This document shows, in pieces, positions 40,798-52,031 of a stretch of 64,000 nt of DNA. The stretch spans positions 3,975 to 67,974 of the forward strand of contig CAYVRZ010000013.1 of NCBI GenBank assembly GCA_964453895.1, given 5' to 3'. Origin of the DNA: an uncultured Pseudobdellovibrionaceae bacterium (GTDB taxonomy: Bacteria; Bdellovibrionota; Bdellovibrionia; Bdellovibrionales; UBA1609). The notes below the pieces were generated by a model. That model saw only the letters and a list, made by a program, of their open reading frames with translations. It had not been told where the DNA came from and did not search any database. Both the position numbers and the translations under genes were made by a program. How positions within the stretch are numbered: the first letter of the stretch is position 1; every line of letters starts with the position of its first letter.

Positions 40798-43700
40798 ATG
40801 CATATTTCTGAGTTGTCGATCCGCAGGCCGGTCTTTGCCTGGATGTTGATGCTTTCACTGATCTTGTTTGGTGGCATCGGCTTTTACCGCATGGGCGTAT
40901 CGCAGTTTCCGGATGTGGACTTTCCCTATGTGAGTATCCAGCTGGTCTATGAAGGCGCGGCGCCCGAGGTTATGGAGAAAGACGTGATTGACCCCGTTGA
41001 GGGCGCGATCGTGTCGATTCAAGGGATTAAAAATATCTCGTCGCGAGCCGCCTCGGGCCGCGCTTCGATCAATGTGGAATTTGAACTCAGCAAAGATGTC
41101 GACGTGGCCGTGCAGGAGGTGCAGACCGCCATTGCCCGCGCGCAAAGAAATTTGCCCGACGATATCGAGCCGCCCATTATCACCAAAGCCAATATCGAAG
41201 ATCAGCCGATTATGTGGCTCGCGGTGCGCAGTGATAAATTGTCGCGCGAAGAGTTGATGTACCTGGTGCGTGGGCAGATTCGCGATCAGCTCTCAACCGT
41301 GAATGGCGTGTCCGAAGTCATTTTGGGCGGCTATGTGGAGCCGGCGCTCCGGGTCGATATCAATGCGGCCCTGCTCAATCGTTATCAGCTCACCGTCGAC
41401 GACATCATCAACTCCATCCAGCGCGAACATAAAGAAGAACCCGCAGGTCATATCGATACGGCCGAGACCGAATCCTCAGTGCGCGTGATGGGTGAAGCCG
41501 CCAATGTCGACGAATTTAAAACCGTCGTGATTAAGCGCCGGGGCGGCGGGCCCAACTACGCGCCGCTGGCCATTTCGCAAGTCGCTGAAATTAGCGAAGG
41601 GCTCAATGATGTGCGGCGGATTTCTCGGGTCGGCGGCGAGACGGCCGTGGGTTTAGGGATTCGCAAGCAACGCGGTTCGAACGCCGTGCAGGTCGGCGAG
41701 AACGTAAAGAAAAAGCTGGCGCAGTTGCAAAAGCAACTGCCGCCGGGAGTGCAGATGTCGGTGAATTTCGACACCACTCCGCACATTCAAGAAACCGTAC
41801 ATGAACTGCTCTTCACCATTTTGCTCGCCGCTTTGCTCACGGCCATTGTGTGCTGGACATTTTTGGGGTCGATCTCAAGCACCATCAACGTGCTGCTGGC
41901 CATCCCCACGTCGATCATCGGCGCGTTTTGGATTATGCAGGCGCTGGGCTTTACGCTGAACACGTTTTCGTTGCTGGGTCTATCACTGGCGATCGGAATC
42001 GTGGTCGACGATGCGATTATTGTTTTAGAGAATATTATGCGCCACGCGGAGATGGGCAAAACCCGCCTGCGGGCCGCGATCGAAGGGTCCAAAGAAATTT
42101 CATTCGCGGTTCTGGCCACGACCTTTTCTTTAACGGCGATTTTTTTGCCGGTGGCTTTTCTGCAAGGGATTATCGGCAAATTTTTCTTTCAGTTCGCACT
42201 CACTTTGTGCGTGGCGGTTTTGCTGTCGTGCTTAGAGGCGCTCACTTTGGCGCCGATGCGCTGTTCGCAATTTTTGGCCACGGGGCATCGCACAACCAAA
42301 ATCGGGCGCGCCGTGGAATGGATTTTAGGCTCGGCCACCGAGCGCTACGCACGGTCGCTGCCGTTTTTTTTACTGCATAGATGGAAGACTTTAATTTTTA
42401 CCGGACTCTTTTTCGCCGCTTCGATGTCGTTGATCTTTGTGGTGCCCAGAGAATTTACTCCGGCCGAGGATCAGGGCAGTTTGTTTGTGCAGGTCAAAGC
42501 CAAGCAGGGCTCGAGCATGGCCCACACCGACGGCAAAATGCGCGAGGTCGAAAAAATCGTGACCGAGGACCCGAGTGTGGAGCGCTACTTTTCTGGCGTC
42601 GGCGGTTTTACCGGTGGAGAAAGCAACTCGGGTTTTGTCTTTATCACTTTAAAAGACCGCAAGGTGCGTAAGCTCAGTCAAGCCAAAGTGGCCGACGGCT
42701 TACGTGAAAAATTAAAGGCGGTAAAAGACGTGCGCGCGTTTATCCCCAGCGGCAGCGGCGGTATTTTTGGTGGCGGCAGCAATTATGCGGTGAACTTTGG
42801 TGTGCGTGGTCCCGATTGGGACAAGCTCGGCGGCTATGCGGAGCAGATTGTAAAAGAGATGAACGAGACCGGGCGCTTTACCGACGTGCAGATTCCCGAT
42901 GTGAAGGGCGCGCCGGAGATTCATATTATTCCCGATCGGCAAAAGGCGCTGCAACTGGGTGTAGAGATATCTGAAATTTCGCGGGCGGTGAGGGTGCTGG
43001 TGGGCGGGTTTCCCGCCGCGTTGTACGCCAAAGGTGGGCTGCGCTATGATGTGGTCGTGCAGCTCCGTGAGGCCGACCGAAAATCCATCGACCAAATTCG
43101 CTCGATCTTGGTGCGCAACACGCGGGGTGAGTTGGTGTCGCTCGCGCAATTGGTGAAAATCGAGAATAAAACCACGGCCCCGGTGATCACGCGTGAGAAT
43201 CGCGTGCGCTCGATCACGGTGAGTGGCAATCCGGCTAAAGACGTGCCGCAAGAGGACGCGTTGAATGAAGCGCAGTCCATCGCGCGAAAAATTTTGCCCG
43301 AAGGTTACTTTGTGGCTTTGTCGGGGAGTTCTGAAGAGTTTAAAAACGCCACGTTTAGTTTGGTGTTCGCGCTCGTGCTGGGGATTTTAGTGGCCTATAT
43401 GGTGCTGGGTTCGCAATTCAATAGCTTTATCGATCCGCTGATCGTACTCGCGGCGCTGCCATTTGCTTTTACGGGTGCGTTGTTTGGCTTGTTGGCCTTT
43501 GGCCAATCGTTGAACGTGTACTCCTTTATCGGAATTATTTTGCTGATCGGAATTGTGAAGAAAAATTCGATTCTGCTGGTCGATTTCGCCAATCAATTGC
43601 GCGATGAGGGGCTGCAAAAAGATCCCGCCTTGATCAAGGCCTGCCCACAAAGGCTGCGCCCGATCTTAATGACCACCTTCGCGACGCTGGCCGCGGCGGT

Positions 43701-43905
43701 TCCGGGTTCGTTAAATTTTGGCCCCGGCGCTGAGTCGCGGATCCCGATGTCGGTGGTGGTGATCGGCGGTGTTTTGGTGTCGACGTTCTTCACTTTGTTC
43801 GTAGTGCCGTGTTTGTACTCGGTCATCGCGCGGCCGCGCCGGCATTTTGACCTCAATGCGCCCGACGAAAAAGAAGCGCCCCATACAGAACTGACGGTGC
43901 ACTAG
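40798..43905 (+). CDS. RND-family efflux transporter permease (AcrB/HAE-type)
   Basis: 1035 aa. N-terminus SIRRPVFAWMLMLSLILFGGIGFYRMGVSQFPDVDFP, 12-TM/two-large-loop organisation, and conserved VDDAIIVLENI and KKNSILLVDFA blocks. Confidence 0.9.
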   Translation: MHISELSIRRPVFAWMLMLSLILFGGIGFYRMGVSQFPDVDFPYVSIQLVYEGAAPEVMEKDVIDPVEGAIVSIQGIKNISSRAASGRASINVEFELSKDVDVAVQEVQTAIARAQRNLPDDIEPPIITKANIEDQPIMWLAVRSDKLSREELMYLVRGQIRDQLSTVNGVSEVILGGYVEPALRVDINAALLNRYQLTVDDIINSIQREHKEEPAGHIDTAETESSVRVMGEAANVDEFKTVVIKRRGGGPNYAPLAISQVAEISEGLNDVRRISRVGGETAVGLGIRKQRGSNAVQVGENVKKKLAQLQKQLPPGVQMSVNFDTTPHIQETVHELLFTILLAALLTAIVCWTFLGSISSTINVLLAIPTSIIGAFWIMQALGFTLNTFSLLGLSLAIGIVVDDAIIVLENIMRHAEMGKTRLRAAIEGSKEISFAVLATTFSLTAIFLPVAFLQGIIGKFFFQFALTLCVAVLLSCLEALTLAPMRCSQFLATGHRTTKIGRAVEWILGSATERYARSLPFFLLHRWKTLIFTGLFFAASMSLIFVVPREFTPAEDQGSLFVQVKAKQGSSMAHTDGKMREVEKIVTEDPSVERYFSGVGGFTGGESNSGFVFITLKDRKVRKLSQAKVADGLREKLKAVKDVRAFIPSGSGGIFGGGSNYAVNFGVRGPDWDKLGGYAEQIVKEMNETGRFTDVQIPDVKGAPEIHIIPDRQKALQLGVEISEISRAVRVLVGGFPAALYAKGGLRYDVVVQLREADRKSIDQIRSILVRNTRGELVSLAQLVKIENKTTAPVITRENRVRSITVSGNPAKDVPQEDALNEAQSIARKILPEGYFVALSGSSEEFKNATFSLVFALVLGILVAYMVLGSQFNSFIDPLIVLAALPFAFTGALFGLLAFGQSLNVYSFIGIILLIGIVKKNSILLVDFANQLRDEGLQKDPALIKACPQRLRPILMTTFATLAAAVPGSLNFGPGAESRIPMSVVVIGGVLVSTFFTLFVVPCLYSVIARPRRHFDLNAPDEKEAPHTELTVH

Positions 43906-44340
43906 ATGAAACGCGGAAAGCTGCAAATCATCGGTTGGCGCGAGTGGATTGGACTGCCCGATTTGAATGTTTCGCGCATCAAGGTGAAGGTCGACTCGGG
44001 CGCGCGCACCTGCGCCCTGCATGCCTCAAGAATCAAGTATTCCGAAGACAAACACGGGCAAACCTGGGTTTCGTTTTTGGTGCACGCGAGTAAAAAACCG
44101 CAACGGGCCAAAGCGCCGTTGCTTACACAACGAATCGTTAAGAGCTCCATGGGCCACGCCACTTTGCGGCCGGTGATTGTCACCCGGATCGCGATCGGTG
44201 GGGAGGAATGGCTCACCGAGGTGACTCTGGTGAACCGAGATCCCATGGGTTTTCGCATGTTGATTGGCCGTCAGGCGTTGAAACGTCGCTTTTTAATTCA
44301 TCCTTCCCGTAGCTTTATCCAGTCAAAGGACGAAACATGA
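43906..44340 (+). CDS. RimK-associated retropepsin-like protease (ATP-dependent zinc protease/RimB family, COG4067)
   Basis: Contains [12 protein letters not shown]...[16 protein letters not shown], a D-S-G-A aspartic-protease-like signature. 144 aa, directly upstream of rimK. Confidence 0.7.
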   Translation: MKRGKLQIIGWREWIGLPDLNVSRIKVKVDSGARTCALHASRIKYSEDKHGQTWVSFLVHASKKPQRAKAPLLTQRIVKSSMGHATLRPVIVTRIAIGGEEWLTEVTLVNRDPMGFRMLIGRQALKRRFLIHPSRSFIQSKDET

Positions 44341-45242
44341 AAATCGCGATCTTGTCGCAGAACTCGCATTTGTATTCGACCGCGCGCCTTGTGCAGGCCG
44401 CAGAAAAGCGCGGCCACCAAGTGACGGTGATCGATCCGCTGATCTGTTATATGGATATCACGTCGCACCGACCGACGGTGTACTATCGCAGCAAAAAGCT
44501 CGACGACATCGACGCCGTAATTCCGCGGGTCGGCGCCTCGGTCACCTTTTACGCCACCGCGGTGATTCGGCAGTTTGAAATGATGGGCGTTTATTGCCTC
44601 AATGAATCCGTCGCGATTTCGCGCTCGCGCGATAAATTGCGGGCGTTGCAGATTCTCGCGCGCAAAGGCGTAGGTATGCCTGTGACCGGCTTCGCTCACT
44701 CGACCAAAATGTCGGCCGAGCTGATTAAGCTCGTGGGTGGGGCGCCGCTGGTGATCAAATTGCTTGAGGGCACGCAAGGCAAAGGCGTGGTGTTGGCTGA
44801 GACGGAGGCCGCGGCCGAGAGCGTGATCGATGCCTTTCGCGACCTAGATGAATACTTTTTGGTGCAAGAATTTATTAAAGAAGCTCAGGGTGCCGACATT
44901 CGCTGTTTTGTAATTGGCAATAAAGTGGTCGCGGCCATGATGCGAAAGGCGAAACCGGGTGAGTTCCGCTCGAATCTGCATCGGGGGGGCTCGGCCGTAG
45001 AGGTGAAACTCACGCCGGAAGAGCGCAAAACCGCGACTCGCGCGGCGGGCGCCATGGGCTTGAATGTTTCGGGTGTGGACATTATTCGTTCGAAGCACGG
45101 CCCGTTGGTGATTGAAGTGAATTCTTCGCCGGGCTTAGAAGGAATTGAGAAGGCCACCAACGTTGACGTGGCCGATGCGATTATTCAATATATTGAGAAG
45201 AACGCAAAACCGCACAAGACCAAAACCAAGGGCAAAGGCTAA
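44337..45242 (+). CDS. rimK: RimK-family ATP-grasp ligase (ribosomal protein S6--L-glutamate ligase type)
   Basis: Starts [27 protein letters not shown]. Also [25 protein letters not shown] and [26 protein letters not shown], classic RimK blocks. Confidence 0.9.
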   Translation: MKIAILSQNSHLYSTARLVQAAEKRGHQVTVIDPLICYMDITSHRPTVYYRSKKLDDIDAVIPRVGASVTFYATAVIRQFEMMGVYCLNESVAISRSRDKLRALQILARKGVGMPVTGFAHSTKMSAELIKLVGGAPLVIKLLEGTQGKGVVLAETEAAAESVIDAFRDLDEYFLVQEFIKEAQGADIRCFVIGNKVVAAMMRKAKPGEFRSNLHRGGSAVEVKLTPEERKTATRAAGAMGLNVSGVDIIRSKHGPLVIEVNSSPGLEGIEKATNVDVADAIIQYIEKNAKPHKTKTKGKG

Positions 45243-46210
45243 TGGCTTGGGATTCAATCGAAACGGCGTGGAATAAACTCAAAGAGCAGCCGCGGCCGCA
45301 TTGGGCCCGTTATGCGGGATTTTATTCGAGCTGGCTCGGTGGCTATTTTAAAGAGCCGTGGGCCATGACGGTGCCCATGGACGACCACGGCTTTCACCGA
45401 GGCGACGGTGTGTTTGAGGCCGTGCGCATTCACGAGCGGGCGTATTTTGATCTGACTTCGCACCTTGAGAGAATTGTCAGTTCGGCGCAAATGATCGGGA
45501 TGACCGAGTTGCCGTGGACGGTGGCGGTCCTGCAAAAAATTTGCGTGGAGTTGGCCCGACGCTGTGATTTGAACACAGGAATTTTGCGTCTATATATCAC
45601 GCGCGGGCCCGGCGGCTTTTCGCCCTCGCCCGGTGAAAGTGTCGGACCGCAGCTCTACGCGGCCATCACCAAGCTTTCGCCGCCCGACATGGACCTTTAT
45701 AAATCTGGCGTTCGCACCATGCTCAGCACAGTGGCGGCCAAGGACCCTTGGTACGCCAAAATCAAATCGCTCAATTATTTGCAAAACGTGTTGATGAAGC
45801 AGGAGTGCGTGGGCGCGGGCTTTGATATTGCCGTTTGCCAGGATGGGAATGGAAAAATCTGCGAGGGCGCAACCGAGAATATTATGGTTATCACCCCGGG
45901 CCGCGAGATGGTGGTGCCGCGCTTTGACTATACTTTGCGTGGGACGACCATCCGTCAGGTTATGAAGATCGCCGAGGAAATGGCCGGCACGTTGGGCCTA
46001 CGGGGTGTTCGCTTTGGCGATTTGACCGTGAAAGATCTGCGCGAGTCGGCGGAGGCGGCGTTTGTGGGCACCACACTCGGGGTTTTGCCCATTCAATCGC
46101 TCAATGATGAGGCACTTGCCTCGGCCAAAGGGGCTCCGATCTGTTTGGCCTTGAATGCCGAACTGATGCGCCGAATGGCGAGTGACCCGGCGGTTCGAAC
46201 AACATTCTAG
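45242..46210 (+). CDS. Class IV (branched-chain / D-amino-acid) aminotransferase-fold protein
   Basis: Contains HGFHRGDGVFEAVR and AKIKSLNYLQNVL (PLP lysine context), then EGATENIMVI. 322 aa. Confidence 0.75.
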   Translation: MAWDSIETAWNKLKEQPRPHWARYAGFYSSWLGGYFKEPWAMTVPMDDHGFHRGDGVFEAVRIHERAYFDLTSHLERIVSSAQMIGMTELPWTVAVLQKICVELARRCDLNTGILRLYITRGPGGFSPSPGESVGPQLYAAITKLSPPDMDLYKSGVRTMLSTVAAKDPWYAKIKSLNYLQNVLMKQECVGAGFDIAVCQDGNGKICEGATENIMVITPGREMVVPRFDYTLRGTTIRQVMKIAEEMAGTLGLRGVRFGDLTVKDLRESAEAAFVGTTLGVLPIQSLNDEALASAKGAPICLALNAELMRRMASDPAVRTTF

Positions 46211-46274
46211 TTCGCATTCTAGTTGGCCCACTGCACAACGCTTATAGATAGTCTAATTTTTCTGACTGCCATCG

Positions 46275-46289
46275 TTGACACAGTGTCAA
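46275..46289. promoter_or_regulatory. Palindrome TTGACAC-a-GTGTCAA upstream of the pyrophosphatase gene
   Basis: 7-bp arms are exact complements around a single central base. It lies 58 nt upstream of the ATG at 46347 and contains a TTGACA -35-like hexamer. Confidence 0.25.
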
Positions 46290-46346
46290 TTCTCGCTCAA
46301 TTTAGCCCCGCACAACACAATGTCAAATTCCCTAGGAGCATGATTC

Positions 46347-48767
<2,421 letters not shown>

Positions 48768-48823
48768 GGGTACGCCGTACCTTTTCAGTACGCGTCATAA
48801 ATTTTGGTCGTTAGAATTCGAAA

Positions 48824-48855
48824 GGCTCGGTGGAAACCGGGCCTTTTTTATTTTT
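48824..48855 (+). terminator. Rho-independent terminator after hppA
   Basis: GGCTCGG tggaaa CCGGGCC (a 7-bp stem with one G-U pair) followed by TTTTTTATTTTT. Confidence 0.7.
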
Positions 48856-48864
48856 GGCGTGCGG

Positions 48865-49776
48865 CTAAATGCGGTGGCGCTTGCGCTGTTCAGCGAGATG
48901 AGGGCGGCGGGAGTTGGAGCCGAGGCGTGCATGGTTGGCGCAATTTTTTGAGCACGTGGTGACACCCTGGTTGGTGCAGTGGTGGCAGACGATGCCTGTG
49001 GCCGAGCACATGCTGCAGTTCACTGTGGCCGTCGCGGGTTGGCCGCAATGGGCGCAGAGCTTGTAGGCTTGAGTGGCTTTCAGATCTTGATCAACGGCCA
49101 CTCGGTAATCAAAGACAAAGCATTCGCCCTCGAACTGCTGGTTGGGGAACTCTTTTATATAGTTTAAAATTCCGCCGTCGAGTTGCGAGACGCGCTCATA
49201 ACCCTGACGTTTCATTTCTAAAATAGCCTTTTCACAACGAATGCCGCCTGTGCAGTAGATCAAAACCTCGCGGTCTTTGGAGATGCCGGAGTCCTCGAGC
49301 TTTTTCGGAAACTCGTGAAATTCTTTAATTTGCAAATCAACCGCATTTTTAAATTTGCCGATCTCGACTTCATAGTCGTTGCGCGTATCTAGCACGACGG
49401 CTTCGCCAGAGAGCATTTTATCGTGCCACTCTTGCGGCGAGATGTGATTGCACGGCCCGCTGGGCACCAAGGCCGGGTCGCCAATGCTGACAATTTCTTT
49501 TTTAATTTTCACCTTAAAGACATGAAACGGATGCTTGGTGGTGAACGAATCTTTAAATTTGGGGTCGGTGAGGTCCATGCGGGTCGACAGCCAGGACTTA
49601 AAAGCCGAGATGCCGACCTCGGGTCCCGAAACCGTAAAATTGATCCCTTCGCGGCCAAGCAAAACCAAGCCGCGTACCGATTGGATTTCGGCCATCTGCT
49701 CGAGTTCGAGCTTCAATTGCCGGACCATGTCCGCAGTCAGCGGTTTAAAAGCGTAAAAGGCAGAGACTTGAATCAT
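48865..49776 (-). CDS. trhO: Rhodanese-domain protein, UPF0176/TrhO (tRNA uridine-34 hydroxylase) family
   Basis: Starts MIQVSAFYAFKPL, has the rhodanese loop LIYCTGGIRCEKA, and a Cys-rich C-terminal tail. Confidence 0.8.
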   Translation of the reverse strand: MIQVSAFYAFKPLTADMVRQLKLELEQMAEIQSVRGLVLLGREGINFTVSGPEVGISAFKSWLSTRMDLTDPKFKDSFTTKHPFHVFKVKIKKEIVSIGDPALVPSGPCNHISPQEWHDKMLSGEAVVLDTRNDYEVEIGKFKNAVDLQIKEFHEFPKKLEDSGISKDREVLIYCTGGIRCEKAILEMKRQGYERVSQLDGGILNYIKEFPNQQFEGECFVFDYRVAVDQDLKATQAYKLCAHCGQPATATVNCSMCSATGIVCHHCTNQGVTTCSKNCANHARLGSNSRRPHLAEQRKRHRI

Positions 49777-49935
49777 GAAGTTGCCAACTTACTCCAGGCC
49801 GGCCCGGATTCCAAGATGGGCCTATCGAACGTGGTCTGGGCCACTTTTGGCCATGTTTCTCACGGTGGGACAGACCTAAATATATGAAACATAACGGTTT
49901 ATTGGCCACCGTGAGATTTAACAATAATTTTAATG

Positions 49936-49972
49936 AATTTGAAACTAAATTCAAATAACCTGAATTTGAAGT
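49936..49972. promoter_or_regulatory. Candidate TetR operator: palindrome ATTTGAA-N6-TTCAAAT plus a third GAATTTGAA half-site
   Basis: ATTTGAA (49938-49944) and TTCAAAT (49951-49957) are exact complements. GAATTTGAA recurs at 49963-49971. The region lies 12-48 nt upstream of the TetR start at 49984. Confidence 0.4.
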
Positions 49973-49983
49973 AAGGCGGGGAA

Positions 49984-50628
49984 ATGACAGACAAAACACG
50001 TGGCAAAAAGACGGATCACTCTTCAGAAGACGTGCGCTTAAGCATTATGAACGCCGCTCGTAAGCTGTTTGCCACACACGGCTTTCAGGGCGCGAATTTG
50101 AAGGATATTGCGGCCGAGGCGGGAGTCGCGAACTCACTGATCAATTACCACTTCACCGACAAAGAAGGCCTTTTTAACGCCTGCATGGAGCCCTTTGCCC
50201 GGGGCCGGATGGAAGCGATTTTGCGGATCCTTGGAGAGCCCGAGAGTCGCGATGACATCCGCGTGCGCATTCAGTTGTTTGCCGAAGAGATGATCGTCGG
50301 CTTCGTCAACGACCCCTATAGCTTTGAAATTGTGGATCGCGAGATGCGCGCTGGAAATCCGGTGATCTTTAAAATTTTCGAAAAAACCATGCTCCTCGCC
50401 TTCAATGGCGTGGTCGAGTTTTTTCAACAAGCCAAAAAGAATGGACTGCTGCGTGAGGACTTCGAGCCGATGATCGCGTCCATCATTCTTTTTACTTCGT
50501 GTTGCGACGCCGCTCGCAAGGACGTGATTGGTCAAAAATTTTTGGGCCACACGTTCAGTGATCCGGAATGGCGCAAGAACTACGCTCGCCACATTGTGAA
50601 TATTTTCACCCACGGGGTTCTTAAATGA
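49984..50628 (+). CDS. TetR/AcrR-family transcriptional regulator
   Basis: N-terminal HTH ILNAARKLFATHGFQGANLKDIAAEAGVANSLINYHF. 214 aa. Confidence 0.9.
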   Translation: MTDKTRGKKTDHSSEDVRLSIMNAARKLFATHGFQGANLKDIAAEAGVANSLINYHFTDKEGLFNACMEPFARGRMEAILRILGEPESRDDIRVRIQLFAEEMIVGFVNDPYSFEIVDREMRAGNPVIFKIFEKTMLLAFNGVVEFFQQAKKNGLLREDFEPMIASIILFTSCCDAARKDVIGQKFLGHTFSDPEWRKNYARHIVNIFTHGVLK

Positions 50629-52031
50629 AACGCTCACTTATTGCCGCTGCAATCGCATTGGTCTTTCATCCCGCAGCCTTCGGGCTCACGCTGGCCGAGT
50701 ATCTCGAGCAAGTAAAGGCCAACAATCCCGAGGCTCGCGCCGCGGTTTTGAATGCGCGCGCCACGGAACTCAGACTTAAGGAGGCGGGCTCGAATTTAAT
50801 TCCGGAACTTTATGCCAGTTACGACCGCTTTGACCGCAAATTGGATCAGGTGAGCAATTTTGCGCAAAGCCGGGTCGAAGGCGATCAGTGGCGCACCGGC
50901 GTGAGGAAGCAATGGTCCATGGGGTTGCAAAGCGATCTCTATTTTAACGCCATTCGCTCGCATCTGCACGATGCCCCATCCTTCGCGTTTCGCAGCACCA
51001 ACTATATGGAATCGACTGTGAATCTCGAGCTGGCGCAACCGTTGTGGCGCAATGGATTTGGTGACAGCACCCGCGCGAACAATGACGCTGCCTTGGCGCG
51101 CATCCGCGCTGAAAATCTGCAAGCTCGGTACAAGCTTAAGGCGCTGATGGTTAAGGCCGAGGACACCTATTGGAGCCTGGTCTCGCAAAACCAAATTATC
51201 AAACTGCAAGAAGAGAACGTCGACCGCTCGGCGAAGATGCGCGATCTGATGCGCCGAAAATTTGCCCAGCGTTTGGTGGACGATGTGGAATCTTTGCAGG
51301 CGCTGGCCGCGTTTGAGACGCGTGAAATGGAGCTGCTGAGTTCACTCGATGAGCGGGCGGCGGTGGCCCGGCAATTTAATACTCTGCGCGGCTTAAACGC
51401 AGATCACGTGAGCGAAGTTTTGGCGCCCTTTCCGGAGAAAGAACTGACTCGCAAGTTTGCAGAAAAAGCGGGTGTGACGCGCGAAGATTTTCAGGGGCTT
51501 TTAGAAGAGGCTAAGGCGATGGAATTTAAGGCCCGAGCTTCGAAGTCCGACATCCAACCCAAGCTCGATCTGGTGGCCAGCATGGGCTCAAACGGCATCG
51601 ACGGGAAGACGGCCACGGCGTATTCAGAAGCCACAGAACTCGAGCATCCGTTTTGGTCGGTCGGTTTGCGGTTTAGCGTGGCCTTGGATGTTGGAAAAAT
51701 TCACGACATCCGAAAAGGCTATGAGGCCTCACGTCAGGCCGCCAAGAATCTGCAACAAAATGTCGAGTTTACCTTCGAGAGAACGTATCGCGATATTCTC
51801 GACAAATATGCGGAGGCGCAAAAGCGCTTCGCTAAAGCGCAGAGCCTCGAGGCCACACAGACCGATTTGGTCAAGCGCGAACGGCAACGTCTTATGAACG
51901 GCCGCACCACCACATTTCAAGCCATGACTCAGGAACAAAATCTCGCCATTGCGCAAATTCAGCGGGTCAAAACCCAACAGGCGCTGGTGCAGTTTTACAA
52001 TGTATTGAAAACTTTTGAGGTGCAGCCATGA
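50625..52031 (+). CDS. TolC-family outer-membrane efflux protein
   Basis: Signal peptide, LTLAEYLEQVKANNPEARAA start and a two-repeat helical/beta organisation typical of TolC/OEP proteins. 468 aa. Confidence 0.8.
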   Translation: MKRSLIAAAIALVFHPAAFGLTLAEYLEQVKANNPEARAAVLNARATELRLKEAGSNLIPELYASYDRFDRKLDQVSNFAQSRVEGDQWRTGVRKQWSMGLQSDLYFNAIRSHLHDAPSFAFRSTNYMESTVNLELAQPLWRNGFGDSTRANNDAALARIRAENLQARYKLKALMVKAEDTYWSLVSQNQIIKLQEENVDRSAKMRDLMRRKFAQRLVDDVESLQALAAFETREMELLSSLDERAAVARQFNTLRGLNADHVSEVLAPFPEKELTRKFAEKAGVTREDFQGLLEEAKAMEFKARASKSDIQPKLDLVASMGSNGIDGKTATAYSEATELEHPFWSVGLRFSVALDVGKIHDIRKGYEASRQAAKNLQQNVEFTFERTYRDILDKYAEAQKRFAKAQSLEATQTDLVKRERQRLMNGRTTTFQAMTQEQNLAIAQIQRVKTQQALVQFYNVLKTFEVQP

